A DNA stretch of 59,178 bases, counting the filler. It is 4 parts of 4 records of this genome, joined end to end, with 100 filler letters (N's around TTAATTAATTAA, not from the genome) between each part and the next. Parts side by side here need not be neighbours in the genome. Positions count along the whole stretch, not along the records: positions 11,842 to 39,859 come from SRR20825006_2691; 3 more parts are not named here. One strand, 5' to 3'. Below, in pieces: positions 18,237 through 29,044 of this stretch. The notes beneath the pieces were generated by a model. It was not told the origin of the DNA, made no database searches, and worked only from the letters and a program-made list of their open reading frames with translations. The first letter of the stretch is position 1. Every line of letters starts with the position of its first letter. Both the position numbers and the translations under genes were made by a program.

Positions 18237-20663
18237 CTAGCGCAATTCAGCGTTTAAGCTTTTCTCAAAGCGCTGCTGCAACTTGTTCATGATTTTATCA
18301 ATTTCTTTATCGGTTAGGGTTTTGTGTTCGTCCTGAAGCGTAAAACTCACAGCATAACTCTTTTTCCCTTCCGGAAGGTTTTTACCCTCATACACATCAA
18401 ATAAGGCTACATTTTGCAGTAGTTTTTTCTCTACCATAAAAGCTTCCTGATAAATCTGATCAAAGGTCACTTCCTGATCTAAAAGCAACGCAAAATCACG
18501 TCGTACCGCCGGATTTTTAGGAATTGGCACAAATTTGATCGAATTCTGTTGAACCAGGTCTAAAATGGTATCCCAATTAAAATCAGCAAATAAGACTTCT
18601 TGCTCAATATCAAAATGCTTACGAATAGCTTTAGAAACCAAGCCAAAAGAAACCACTTGCTTTTTCTGCACAGTGTACTCTAACCCTTCAGAGAATTGAG
18701 CATCTTTTACCGGTTTTACCTTCCACTGGGCAATACCTAATCTTGAAAGCACAGCTTCAACACTTCCTTTTAAATCAAAGAATGTAGTGTTTTGTTGTTG
18801 CTGAAACCAGTTTTCGGCATTTTGCTTTCCGCTTAAAAGCAGCGTTAAATGCTTATATTCTTCACGGCCACCCGGGAAATTATGGTAGCTTTTTCCGAAT
18901 TCAAAAAGTTTTAGATCCGGTTGTCTGCGGTTGCTGTTAAAAGCCACAACTTCTAATCCGCTAAACAGCAAAGATTGACGCATTACCGAAAGATCTGTAC
19001 TCAACGGATTCAGCATCGTTACGTTATAATCTTCTTTAAAAGCATCGTTTAAAGAAGCGTACACCGGAGAGGTCAGAGAATTATTTAGGATTTCGTTAAA
19101 TCCTAACGACGCCAATAACGTACCGGTTACTTGCTGAATTTTATGATCTGCAAAGCGACTGCTTTTTGAAACCGAAGCATTAAGCTTTGACTTAAATTGA
19201 ATTTTGTTGTAGCCGTAAACGCGTAAAATTTCTTCAATAACATCTACCTCACGGGTCACATCATTACGGTATGCTGGGATGGTCATTCCAATACCAGATT
19301 CTGTAATATTATTGATCTTGATATCCAGAGAAGACAAAATAGATTTTATGGTCTCTTTTGGGATTGCTTCTCCAATGAGTTTTTCAGCACGATCAAAATT
19401 GAGCACTACTTGATGATCTTCAATCTTTTTAGGATAGAAATCCACCACGTCACTTGTTACTTCGCCACCGGCACATTCTTGAATTAACAAAACGGCACGT
19501 ATTAAAGCATATTCTGTAATATTAGGATCAATACCGCGCTCAAATCTAAAAGAGGCATCGGTATTAAGTGCGTGACGCTTTGCAGTTTTACGTATGCTTA
19601 CAGGGTCAAAATAGGCACTTTCTAAAAATATAGAAGTCGTTTCTTCAGTTACACCGCTATGCTCACCGCCAAAAACACCGGCAATACACATAGGTTTTTC
19701 AGCATCGCAAATCATCAGATCTTCCTCGTGCAGTTCACGCTTAATACCGTCAAGAGTAGTGAATTTTGTACCTGCAGCTACCGTTTTAACATTGATCTGC
19801 TTTCCGGCAATTTTTGCCAAGTCAAAAGCGTGAAGCGGTTGCCCTAGTTCGTGCAACACGTAATTCGTGATATCAACGATATTATTTTTTGGGGTAAGTC
19901 CAATCGCTTTAAGCCTGTTTTGAATCCAGGCCGGTGATTCTTTTACGGTTAAACCGCTTAAGGTGATTCCGCAATAGCGCGGTGCTTTTTCATTATTTAA
20001 AACCTGCACACTTATTTTTTGGGTGCGGTTATCAATTCTAAACGAACTCGTAGAAGGCGTGATGAATTCAGGATGCACACCAGACTGAATAAGTCCTGCA
20101 CGTAAATCGCGCGCGGTACCCATATGACTCATCGCATCTGCACGGTTGGGGGTCAAGCCAATTTCAAAAACATAATCATCTTCAACTTCAAAGATTTTAG
20201 CAAGCGGAGTCCCCGGTTTTAGATCTTCTTCTAAGATCATAATTCCATCGTGACTTTCACCAAGACCAAGTTCGTCTTCAGCGCAAATCATTCCATTACT
20301 TACTTCGCCGCGAATCTTTCCTTTTTTTATTTTCCAAGGCTCACCTTTATCATCATAAAGCGTTGTACCCACGGTTGCTACAGGAACTTTTTGACCGGCG
20401 TCAACATTGGGTGCTCCACATACGATTTGTACCGGTTCACCATCACCAAGATCTACAGTGGTAAGTTTTAAACGGTCAGCATTGGGGTGTTTAACGCACG
20501 TAAGCACGTGACCAACTACAATACCCTTTAACCCTCCTTTTACACTTTGAAAAGCTTCTATCCCTTCAACCTCAAGACCTAAGTCTGTCAATAAATTACC
20601 GGTTTTTTCGGCTTCCCAATCAATATTAATAAACTGTTTTAACCAGTTGTAGCTTATTTGCAT
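18237..20663 (-). CDS. pheT: phenylalanine--tRNA ligase beta subunit
   Basis: 'HPNADRL', 'IVCGAPNV', 'LTPNRADAMSH', B3/4 'RFERGID' and FDX-ACB 'RRDFALL…KKSYAV'. TATATTTG promoter at 20683-20690. Confidence 0.97.
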   Translation of the reverse strand: MQISYNWLKQFINIDWEAEKTGNLLTDLGLEVEGIEAFQSVKGGLKGIVVGHVLTCVKHPNADRLKLTTVDLGDGEPVQIVCGAPNVDAGQKVPVATVGTTLYDDKGEPWKIKKGKIRGEVSNGMICAEDELGLGESHDGIMILEEDLKPGTPLAKIFEVEDDYVFEIGLTPNRADAMSHMGTARDLRAGLIQSGVHPEFITPSTSSFRIDNRTQKISVQVLNNEKAPRYCGITLSGLTVKESPAWIQNRLKAIGLTPKNNIVDITNYVLHELGQPLHAFDLAKIAGKQINVKTVAAGTKFTTLDGIKRELHEEDLMICDAEKPMCIAGVFGGEHSGVTEETTSIFLESAYFDPVSIRKTAKRHALNTDASFRFERGIDPNITEYALIRAVLLIQECAGGEVTSDVVDFYPKKIEDHQVVLNFDRAEKLIGEAIPKETIKSILSSLDIKINNITESGIGMTIPAYRNDVTREVDVIEEILRVYGYNKIQFKSKLNASVSKSSRFADHKIQQVTGTLLASLGFNEILNNSLTSPVYASLNDAFKEDYNVTMLNPLSTDLSVMRQSLLFSGLEVVAFNSNRRQPDLKLFEFGKSYHNFPGGREEYKHLTLLLSGKQNAENWFQQQQNTTFFDLKGSVEAVLSRLGIAQWKVKPVKDAQFSEGLEYTVQKKQVVSFGLVSKAIRKHFDIEQEVLFADFNWDTILDLVQQNSIKFVPIPKNPAVRRDFALLLDQEVTFDQIYQEAFMVEKKLLQNVALFDVYEGKNLPEGKKSYAVSFTLQDEHKTLTDKEIDKIMNKLQQRFEKSLNAELR

Positions 20664-20777
20664 TCTTATATTTTTGAAAGGGCAAATATACTATTTACCC
20701 TGCTTTTTTACTCAAATACTTGGGGTTAATCACGACTTTATCTACCGTGTTTATCAACAGGAAAATCTTGAAATGTG

Positions 20778-22880
20778 TTAGGAAATATAGTTCCAGATAT
20801 TTTTGAATTTCATGACCTGCGCATAGGTTTTGCGTATGGGTAAATTTTCGGGCTGTGCCAATTTTGGATCTTCTTTAAGCAATGCAGAAGCATAATTGCG
20901 TGCGATTTTCATGACTTCGTTATCCTTCACAATATCAGCGATTTTAAGGTTAAGCACCCCACTTTGTTGCGTGCCCATAATATCGCCGGGACCGCGTAGT
21001 TTTAGATCTACTTCGGCGATCTCAAAACCGTCATTGGTTTGTGTCATCGTTTGCAGACGGGTTTTTGAATCTTCAGAAAGTTTATGACCGGTCATTAAAA
21101 TACAATAACTCTGGTCTGCACCGCGCCCCACGCGTCCACGTAACTGATGCAGTTGTGATAGCCCAAAACGCTCTGCACTTTCTATGATCATCACCGAAGC
21201 ATTGGGGACATTTACACCCACTTCGATCACGGTAGTGGCGACCATGATTTGCGTTTCACCGTTTACAAAGCGGTTCATCTCATAATCTTTGTCTGCAGGT
21301 TTCATTTGTCCGTGCACGATCGAGATTTGATAATCAGGCATCGGAAATTCACGTGCGATGCTTTCATAACCATCCATCAGATCTTTATAATCAAGCGCTT
21401 CACTCTCTTGAATAAGTGGATAGACGACATAGATCTGTCGGCCTTTTTTGATCTCATCGCGAATAAAACCAAACACTTTTAAACGGTTGTTATCATAGCG
21501 ATGCACGGTTTTAATAGCTTTTCTTCCCGGAGGTAACTCATCGATCACCGAAACATCAAGATCACCATAAACACTCATCGCTAACGTACGCGGAATGGGG
21601 GTTGCCGTCATTATCAGAATATGCGGTGGTAGCTCATTTTTATGCCAAAGCTTGCTGCGTTGTGCCACACCAAAGCGGTGTTGCTCATCAATAACTGCAA
21701 GTCCCAAATTTTTAAACTTTACTTTATCTTCAAGCAGCGCGTGTGTTCCTATTAAAATATTCAGGCTGCCATCTTCTAAACTTTCATGAATTTCCCGGCG
21801 TTCTTTGGTTTTTGACGAACCAGTGAGCAGCGCGATTTTAATATTTAGTTTTTCGCACAATTCACTGATTCCCTGAAAATGCTGAATGGCCAAAATCTCG
21901 GTAGGAGCCATAAGACAGGCTTGAAAATTGTTGTCAAGCGCGATCAGCATCGTCATCAGGGCAACGATAGTTTTACCGCTTCCTACATCTCCCTGAAGCA
22001 GGCGATTCATCTGTGCAGGTTTTCCCAGATCGTTACGAATTTCTTTCACAACTCGTTTTTGAGCGCCCGTGAGTTTAAAAGGTAAATGTTTATTATAAAA
22101 AGTGGTAAAATAGTCTCCTATTTCCTCAAAAGCGTAGCCTTTAATTTTTTGTTTATGCAGTTGGTTTTTTACTAAAAGCTGCAACTGAATAAAAAAGAGT
22201 TCTTCAAATTTCAGTCGAAATTGCGCCTTTGCCAGTTTTTCTTGCTGCTGCGGAAAGTGAATATTAAGATAGGCTTCCCGACGCGAAATCAACTTCAATG
22301 TATTTCTAATGGATTCAGAAAGAGATTCTTCAATACTCTTATGCACTTCTTGAAAAAGCGTTTGCATCAAGCCATTCATCACACGATTGGTAATGCCCTT
22401 GTTGCTTAGTTTTTCGGTTGAAGGGTACACCGGTTGCATCGCAATGCGCAAGCCTTTTTTGTGTTCTTCAAGCAATTCTAGATCTGGATGTGCGATCGAG
22501 TAGGAGCTGCCAAAACGTTGCACTTTTCCAAAGGCGACATAGGGCACGTTTATTTTTAGGCTTTCTCGTATCCATTTTAACCCCTTGAACCACACCAGTT
22601 CCATAGCGCCGGTTTGATCGATAAAGGTTGCGACCAGACGCTTTGATCTTCCTTCTCCCACCGTTTTAATATGTGTGACTTTACCAATGATCTGTACATC
22701 GGCACTTGTAGGTTGCAACTGACTAACCGTGTAATATTGCGTTTTGTCAATATAACGATTAGGAAAAAGATTGAGCAAATCCTGATACGTATGGATCCCC
22801 AATTCTGAGCGCAACAAATTAGCCCGGTTGGGGCCAACGCCTTTGAGGTAATCTATAGGAGTCTGAAGTTTACTACTCAT
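20778..22880 (-). CDS. recG: ATP-dependent DNA helicase RecG
   Basis: 'LQGDVGSGKT', 'IDEQHRFG', 'MTATPIPRTL', 'QLRGRVGRG' and 'DLKLRGPG'. Confidence 0.97.
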   Translation of the reverse strand: MSSKLQTPIDYLKGVGPNRANLLRSELGIHTYQDLLNLFPNRYIDKTQYYTVSQLQPTSADVQIIGKVTHIKTVGEGRSKRLVATFIDQTGAMELVWFKGLKWIRESLKINVPYVAFGKVQRFGSSYSIAHPDLELLEEHKKGLRIAMQPVYPSTEKLSNKGITNRVMNGLMQTLFQEVHKSIEESLSESIRNTLKLISRREAYLNIHFPQQQEKLAKAQFRLKFEELFFIQLQLLVKNQLHKQKIKGYAFEEIGDYFTTFYNKHLPFKLTGAQKRVVKEIRNDLGKPAQMNRLLQGDVGSGKTIVALMTMLIALDNNFQACLMAPTEILAIQHFQGISELCEKLNIKIALLTGSSKTKERREIHESLEDGSLNILIGTHALLEDKVKFKNLGLAVIDEQHRFGVAQRSKLWHKNELPPHILIMTATPIPRTLAMSVYGDLDVSVIDELPPGRKAIKTVHRYDNNRLKVFGFIRDEIKKGRQIYVVYPLIQESEALDYKDLMDGYESIAREFPMPDYQISIVHGQMKPADKDYEMNRFVNGETQIMVATTVIEVGVNVPNASVMIIESAERFGLSQLHQLRGRVGRGADQSYCILMTGHKLSEDSKTRLQTMTQTNDGFEIAEVDLKLRGPGDIMGTQQSGVLNLKIADIVKDNEVMKIARNYASALLKEDPKLAQPENLPIRKTYAQVMKFKNIWNYIS

Positions 22881-23317
22881 GAATTAGATAAGCGCTTGTA
22901 TATTTTTTTTCCGATGAAAACTAAAGTGATACCTGCTAAGAGCGCTACAAATAATCTGATGCTGTTTAGTATTTTGATAAGCATAGTCGTAGCTTCATCT
23001 GCGGACTGCATTTCATGTAAAGCACTCAAAAATTGAGTACTGAATACTAGTAGTACTCCAGAAGCAATGATAAAGAAAAGCACTGTTGCGATTTCTGATT
23101 TTTTCTGAATTAAGAGTTTTAATCCGTTTCCTGAAAAGAGCAAAAGGCAAAATATTCCCGGGAAAATGTATAGAACAGAAACTACATAATAGGTATCGCC
23201 AATGTTGATAGCGGTAGTTTTTTCTACACTAAAACCCGAAGCGCCAAAGAATAGCAATTGAAGCGCGGCAGCTATCACAAGAAGTAGAATTAAAAAAAAG
23301 GGTTCGCGTTTTAGCAT
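22877..23317 (-). CDS. small 4-TM membrane hypothetical protein
   Basis: Four hydrophobic segments, 'INIGDTYYVV' motif and a 4-bp overlap with the recG start. Confidence 0.65.
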   Translation of the reverse strand: MLKREPFFLILLLVIAAALQLLFFGASGFSVEKTTAINIGDTYYVVSVLYIFPGIFCLLLFSGNGLKLLIQKKSEIATVLFFIIASGVLLVFSTQFLSALHEMQSADEATTMLIKILNSIRLFVALLAGITLVFIGKKIYKRLSNS

Positions 23318-23527
23318 TGCTACTCATTTTAGTTTGCTCTAAGATCAAACCGTTGGAAAGATAATGTACTCTAAAAAGTTTTCCTTTCAGGCTATTTTCA
23401 GCCTAGAATGATCTTGATAAACGAAGATATAAAACCCAATTATTTTATTCTCGTATTCGGTACACTTAAAACAAGCAGGTTTGAATTCAAATCCTTAATT
23501 TGGCAGCCTATTCATTAGATTGATTTT

Positions 23528-25597
23528 ATGAGATTGATTTTTTCGCTTATCACAGCGTTTTTGATAAGCACCACGTACGCCCAACAAACCGAAACGGTTG
23601 ACTTTGAACGCATATATGCACTGCTTGATTTTGACTTTGCCAAGTCTAGTGTTACCGGTAAAATGGAGATTAAATTTACCATGAAAGCCAATGCAGATTT
23701 TGTTTATCTGGATGCTAAAAACATCGCAAAATATGAGGCACTTCTTAATGGTAAGATCGTCCCAACACATACAGATGAAGGTCGCATCATTTTCACCCAA
23801 AGTTTTGAGAAGGGTAAAACCTATAATTTGATGCTTAATTATACGGCACAACCTAATAAGGCGCTATACTTTGTAAACAATGGAGGTTTTCAGCAAATCT
23901 GGACACAAGGTCAGGGGAAATATACTTCTAATTGGTTGCCGAGTATTGACGATATGAACGATAAGATCGAGTTTGACCTTTCTATTGTAGCGTATCCCGG
24001 GCAAGAGGTGATTGCTAATGGTGTTTTAAAGGAAAAAGAAGAAGTTGAGGATAAATTCATTTGGCATTATGAAATGTCAGAGCCTATGTCTAGCTATCTG
24101 GTAGCGGTTGTTCTAGGCGATTACCGCAAACAAAGCCGTAGATCTGATTCTGGCGTGCCTATTGATTTGTATTATTATCCTGAAGATTCACTTAAAGTGA
24201 TGACCACCTACAAATATTCTGATGATATTTTTGATTTTTTAGAGGAAGAAATTGGGGTCCCTTATCCATGGCCGGTGTATAAGCAGGTGCCCGTAAAGGA
24301 CTTTCTATATGCCGGAATGGAAAATACTACTGCAACCATTTTTAGTGATGCCTATATGGTAGATCGCAGTGGTTTTACAGATCGTAATTATGTGAATGTA
24401 AATGCGCACGAACTCGCGCATCAATGGTTTGGAGATTATGTGACTGAAACTTCAGGAACACATCACTGGCTGCAAGAAGGTTTTGCAACCTATTACGCGT
24501 TGTTAGCCGAAGCTGAAGTTTTAGGAGATGAAGTATATGCATGGAAACTGTTTCAGTCTGCAATGCAATTAAAAGCAATGACTGATAAAGGAAACGGCGA
24601 AAGCCTGCTCAACCCTAAAGCGAGTTCGCTTACGTTTTACGAAAAAGGTGCCTGGGCACTGCATATGTTGCGTAAACAAATAGGAGACGAGGCATTTAAA
24701 ACTGCTGTGAAAAATTACCTTAATGCGCATAAATTCAGCAATGTAGAAACCGAAGATTTCCTAGCGGAAGCGCGTTCAGCAAGTGGTCAGGATTTGCAAG
24801 AATTTGAACAAAATTGGTTGCAAGCAGCCGACTTTAGATATGAGGAAGCGATCGCGACCTTACAAGATTTTCCGGTGATTCAGCGCTATAAGCGCACGGT
24901 AGATTTACGCAAGCTTTCTTATGGGCAAAAATCACAGAAACTTTTTGACCTGCTGGCATTGCCTGATAAATACTCGGGTCCTGAGGCTATTTATCAACTA
25001 GCAGATGTTTCGCCAGCTGCTGCCGGTCGTATTTATGAACGGGCATTTTATACTAATAATCCGTGGGTAAGACAAGCCATTGCGCAAACGGTGACTAAGG
25101 TTCCCGCCGCTATGAAAACCAATTATGAGCGCTTACTGAATGACGATTCTTATATTACGAGAGAGCTTGCTTTTATGAACTTATGGACGTCCTTTCCTTC
25201 AGAACGACATAAGTATTTAGATAAGATGAAGGGTGTTCAAGGCTTTTCTAATCACAATGTTGAGATCTTGTGGTTGGCTTTGGCGATTTCTACTCTAGAC
25301 TATGAGGAAGCTTACATTAGAGATCATTTTTTCCGATTAACACGTTATACGGGTAATAGATACTCTTTTGAAACCCGCGAGCAAGCTTTTACTAAGCTGT
25401 ATCAGTTGCAGTTGTTTGAACCCAAAAGTTTAAAAAATCTCGTGGAAGCTTGTTTTCATCACAATTGGCGCTTTGCACAAACCTGTCGTCAAATTCTTGA
25501 TGAGGTAGTGAAAAATGCAGATTATCGCAGAGAGTTGAAAAAGCTAGATATTTCTGATGAAAAAGAAAAACAACTTTTAGCCGAAAAATTAACCTGA
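23528..25597 (+). CDS. M1 family (PepN-like) zinc aminopeptidase, exported
   Basis: Signal peptide, 'AGMEN', 'HELAHQWFG…WLQEGFATY' (HExxH-x18-E) and 'YEKGA'. Confidence 0.92.
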   Translation: MRLIFSLITAFLISTTYAQQTETVDFERIYALLDFDFAKSSVTGKMEIKFTMKANADFVYLDAKNIAKYEALLNGKIVPTHTDEGRIIFTQSFEKGKTYNLMLNYTAQPNKALYFVNNGGFQQIWTQGQGKYTSNWLPSIDDMNDKIEFDLSIVAYPGQEVIANGVLKEKEEVEDKFIWHYEMSEPMSSYLVAVVLGDYRKQSRRSDSGVPIDLYYYPEDSLKVMTTYKYSDDIFDFLEEEIGVPYPWPVYKQVPVKDFLYAGMENTTATIFSDAYMVDRSGFTDRNYVNVNAHELAHQWFGDYVTETSGTHHWLQEGFATYYALLAEAEVLGDEVYAWKLFQSAMQLKAMTDKGNGESLLNPKASSLTFYEKGAWALHMLRKQIGDEAFKTAVKNYLNAHKFSNVETEDFLAEARSASGQDLQEFEQNWLQAADFRYEEAIATLQDFPVIQRYKRTVDLRKLSYGQKSQKLFDLLALPDKYSGPEAIYQLADVSPAAAGRIYERAFYTNNPWVRQAIAQTVTKVPAAMKTNYERLLNDDSYITRELAFMNLWTSFPSERHKYLDKMKGVQGFSNHNVEILWLALAISTLDYEEAYIRDHFFRLTRYTGNRYSFETREQAFTKLYQLQLFEPKSLKNLVEACFHHNWRFAQTCRQILDEVVKNADYRRELKKLDISDEKEKQLLAEKLT

Positions 25598-26520
25598 TGC
25601 GCGCATTAGTTATTTCAGGAGGAGGAAGTAAAGGCGCATACGCCGGCGGTGTGGCTCAACATTTGATTGAAGAGCAGGGACACAAATATGATTTGTTCTT
25701 AGGTACTTCAACCGGTAGTTTGCTAATCTCTCAACTTGCAAATAACAATATCAAGCGTGCGTATGAAGTATACACGCAGGTTAATCAAAACACGATTTTT
25801 AATGTCAATCCGTTTAATATTAAAAAGCGTGGTGATCGAGAGTATGTCTCCATTAACTATTGGAATACGGTCTGGCAATTCATCAGAAGGAAGCGTACGT
25901 TTGGGGAGAGCAAAAACCTGCTGAAAAACATCAAGAAAAACCTCTCTAAAGCCGAGTTTGAACAGATAAAAAAACAGACGGCAGATGTGGTCGTGACCGT
26001 TTCAAATCTCACCAAAAATACTGTGGAATATAAATCGATTCGCAATTGGGATTACGAAGATTTTTGCGAGTGGATCTGGATCAGTTGTAACTACATTCCG
26101 TTTATGAGTTTGGTGAAGAAAAATGGTTTTGAGTATGCTGATGGTGGTTTTGGGTGTATAGTGCCTATTCGTGAGGCTATACGCCGCGGAGCAACCGAGG
26201 TGGATGCGATTATTCTGGAGTCAGAAAATATGGAGTACAACAAGGTCTTGGGCAACAATCCCTTTTCATTGATGGTCAATCTTTTTGGCTTTTTGATGGA
26301 TCAGGTAGAATACCACGATGTGATCGTAGGTAAGTTAGCTGCAATTAACAAAGACGTACCGTTGAATCTGTATTATACCCCGTCAAAACTAACGGAAAAC
26401 AGTCTGATCTTTAATAAAAAGCTGATGACCAATTGGTGGCAGCAAGGTTGGGATTATGCAGCCGCAAAGGCCAAACAGGCTCAAGAGAATAAACTTCGCG
26501 AGTTACCCGAAACAGAATAG
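25597..26520 (+). CDS. patatin-like phospholipase
   Basis: 'SGGGSKG', 'GTSTG' (GxSxG) and 'DGG'. Start overlaps the M1 stop (TGATG). Confidence 0.92.
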   Translation: MRALVISGGGSKGAYAGGVAQHLIEEQGHKYDLFLGTSTGSLLISQLANNNIKRAYEVYTQVNQNTIFNVNPFNIKKRGDREYVSINYWNTVWQFIRRKRTFGESKNLLKNIKKNLSKAEFEQIKKQTADVVVTVSNLTKNTVEYKSIRNWDYEDFCEWIWISCNYIPFMSLVKKNGFEYADGGFGCIVPIREAIRRGATEVDAIILESENMEYNKVLGNNPFSLMVNLFGFLMDQVEYHDVIVGKLAAINKDVPLNLYYTPSKLTENSLIFNKKLMTNWWQQGWDYAAAKAKQAQENKLRELPETE

Positions 26521-26537
26521 CTTCTCTATTTAAAGCG

Positions 26538-26942
26538 CTAGTTTACAGTAATCGTTTTGGTGATAAATTCTGTTTCTGAAGACTTGAATTTTAAAGTATA
26601 GCTTCCTTCGGTTTCCGCTTGAAAAGTATAAGTTGCTGTACGCGTTGGGATATCCATCGTACACATACTACAGGTGTCATAAATAGCTTCTACCTCAATT
26701 GTAATTACGTTGCCGTCTTCAGTTTCTGTAAAGGCATTAAACTGACCACAGCCATTATTCACCGGGAACGAAACGCTTAGCTCAAGTTTATCACCTACCG
26801 CAACTGCAGAGTCCCCTGTTACTTCAGAAACATAGGCAGTATTAGTTTCGGTGCAGCTTTCTTCATCGGTTGCTTTTGAAGAAGCGTCACAACCAGAAAT
26901 AAATAAAAGTGCTGCGAGTAATAAAGTACAGAAGAGTTTCAT
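26538..26942 (-). CDS. small hypothetical lipoprotein (Ig-like beta-sandwich, Cys-containing)
   Basis: Lipobox 'ISGC', beta-rich body, 'NGCGQF' and 'TCSMCT'. Confidence 0.7.
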   Translation of the reverse strand: MKLFCTLLLAALLFISGCDASSKATDEESCTETNTAYVSEVTGDSAVAVGDKLELSVSFPVNNGCGQFNAFTETEDGNVITIEVEAIYDTCSMCTMDIPTRTATYTFQAETEGSYTLKFKSSETEFITKTITVN

Positions 26943-26959
26943 AGGCTTCGTTTCTTTTC

Positions 26960-26987
26960 AGATGCCGAAGCTAAACAAAGGTTGCGT
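26960..26987 (-). promoter_or_regulatory. putative ECF-sigma promoter (GCAACC-N14-GCATCT)
   Basis: Minus strand ACGCAACCTTTGTTTAGCTTCGGCATCT, 17 bp before the lipoprotein start. A second copy is at 36076-36102. Confidence 0.55.
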
Positions 26988-27008
26988 GGTGCGTATCTCT
27001 ATTTTGAA

Positions 27009-28466
27009 TTAATTAACGCATTTAATTACATCGTCTAATCCTTCTTCATCTTCGCTCAAAACTACAAGCGTATCGCCGGCATTAATCACTGTTGAGCCTT
27101 TTGGAGTCAGGAATTTATCATTGCGTTTAATCATAGCAATGATTGCATTTTTAGGAAAGCCTAAGTCAATGATCTTTGTGTCAGCCGCTTTACAGTGCGG
27201 TGAGATCTTGATTTCCCGCATCGCTGTTTTTGGAATTTCAGAAATAAGATGATTCATATTACGCTGAGCTTTGCTTTCTTCGGGCAAGCCTACTTTAAGC
27301 CATTTTGCCACCACCGAAAGCGTAGTTCCTTGAATAAGCACCGAAGTCAATGAGATAAAAAACACAATATTAAAGATCATATTAGCCTTGTCAATTCCGG
27401 CGAGAAGGGGATACGTCGCAAATACAATGGGCACAGCCCCGCGCAATCCCACCCAGGAAATATAAAATCTGCGGCGCATTTTCATCTTAAAAAATGCTAG
27501 ACTGATAAAAACTCCAACAGGTCGCGCGACAAATATGAGGAATAGCGAGATCATTAGACCAATCCCGATATAAGGAATCACTTGCGTAGGAAAGACGAGC
27601 AGCCCTAACGTAAGGAACAATACGATCTGCATCAACCAAGCCAATCCATCAAACATTTTTAAAATGGTTTGTTTATGAATTAAATCTTGGTTGCCTAGAT
27701 AAACCGCACAAATATAAATAGCGAGGAAACCATTACCCCCAATAAATTCAGTTGCGGAAAAGGTGATAAACATTAAAGCGATCACCAAAACAGGATAAAG
27801 ACCTTCAAAACCTAATTCGATCTTATTGATGATGAGTTTACTGAATTTTCCAAAAAGAAAACCGGCAATTCCACCAATGACCATTTGCTTTAAAAGCATA
27901 GGTATAACAGAAATCAAACCTTGATCTTGATTGATCACTAAGGTCAAAAATGCAATGGTCAATACATATGCCATCGGGTCATTACTACCGCTTTCAAGCT
28001 CAAGGGTTGGGCGCAAATTGGTTTTTAGCGCCAGACTTTTTGAGCGCAAAATGGAAAATACCGCTGCTGCATCAGTAGACGATACAATAGAGCCGAGGAG
28101 CATACTCTCGTAAATGGTAAAATCTGTAACGTAATACACAAAGCAGCCTAAGGATACCGCCGTTAATAGTACGCCGGCTGTAGATAATGCCAGGCCTTCC
28201 CGCAAAATAGGTTTCACCGAAGACCACTGCGTATCCAATCCCCCCGAAAATAAAATGAAATTAAGGGAGACAATACCTATAAACTGTGCTATTTGCGGAT
28301 TGTCAAACTGAATGCCTCCAATTCCATCAGAGCCCGCGATCATCCCGATTCCTAAAAATAAAATCAGCGTAGGAACCCCAAATTTATACGAGGTTTTACC
28401 AACTATAATACTTATTAGGAGTAAAACAGAGCCAATGAAGACAATATTTTCGATGGTTAAATTCAT
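27009..28466 (-). CDS. cvrA: potassium/proton antiporter (CPA1, NhaP2/CvrA type) with C-terminal TrkA-C domain
   Basis: 'SSTDAAAVFS', 'LESGSNDPMA', 'WVGLRGAVPIV' and C-terminal RCK-C 'IIAMIKRN…TPKGST…GDTL'. Confidence 0.9.
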   Translation of the reverse strand: MNLTIENIVFIGSVLLLISIIVGKTSYKFGVPTLILFLGIGMIAGSDGIGGIQFDNPQIAQFIGIVSLNFILFSGGLDTQWSSVKPILREGLALSTAGVLLTAVSLGCFVYYVTDFTIYESMLLGSIVSSTDAAAVFSILRSKSLALKTNLRPTLELESGSNDPMAYVLTIAFLTLVINQDQGLISVIPMLLKQMVIGGIAGFLFGKFSKLIINKIELGFEGLYPVLVIALMFITFSATEFIGGNGFLAIYICAVYLGNQDLIHKQTILKMFDGLAWLMQIVLFLTLGLLVFPTQVIPYIGIGLMISLFLIFVARPVGVFISLAFFKMKMRRRFYISWVGLRGAVPIVFATYPLLAGIDKANMIFNIVFFISLTSVLIQGTTLSVVAKWLKVGLPEESKAQRNMNHLISEIPKTAMREIKISPHCKAADTKIIDLGFPKNAIIAMIKRNDKFLTPKGSTVINAGDTLVVLSEDEEGLDDVIKCVN

Positions 28467-28520
28467 AGGGTATCAGTTTTGGAGATGCGTTTGTTAGCAG
28501 GCTAATTTAAGCGGAAGTCA

Positions 28521-29033
28521 TTATTCTATACGTTTTCCTTCGGTGGTAAAGGAGAGGCCTTGAGTTCCTCGGGTTGAGATCATTATTCCTTCAAAAAGGG
28601 GATCAGTAACTGAAGCATCATCGAGCCAATTAAAAATAAAGTTTCCTCCTGTGCCTCCGGTTTTATCGCCTTCTTCAATTATGATTTCTACCGTTTCCAA
28701 AGGTTTTAAAACAATAGGGAAATCAAAATAGGTGTGAATGAGTTTTCCAGTGGTGTCATAATAAGCACCTTTGGTCAAATACACAGCCGCGGTCTCGCTT
28801 GTATTTCTCAAACTCACGGTTACCGTTAAATCGTGCGTGAGGTGTTCTGAGGTACTATAAATCTCAGAATAAATGCCCAAATAGGTTTTTGCGGGTTTTA
28901 GGCTGTCTTGATTCGTAATGGTAGCACGACGTTTTTCCCAATTTATGGGATTGATAGAGCTGCTTTCTTTTTTTTGCTCATCACAACCCACGAGCAAGAA
29001 AACAATGGTAATTAGGGAAAGAAGGTAGCGCAT
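28521..29033 (-). CDS. DUF3124 domain lipoprotein
   Basis: Lipobox 'LVGC', 'TYLGIYSEIY…LTVTVSLRNT…YYDTTG…GGTGGNFIF…QGLSFTTEG'. Confidence 0.8.
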   Translation of the reverse strand: MRYLLSLITIVFLLVGCDEQKKESSSINPINWEKRRATITNQDSLKPAKTYLGIYSEIYSTSEHLTHDLTVTVSLRNTSETAAVYLTKGAYYDTTGKLIHTYFDFPIVLKPLETVEIIIEEGDKTGGTGGNFIFNWLDDASVTDPLFEGIMISTRGTQGLSFTTEGKRIE

Positions 29034-29044
29034 AGCATAGTTTT

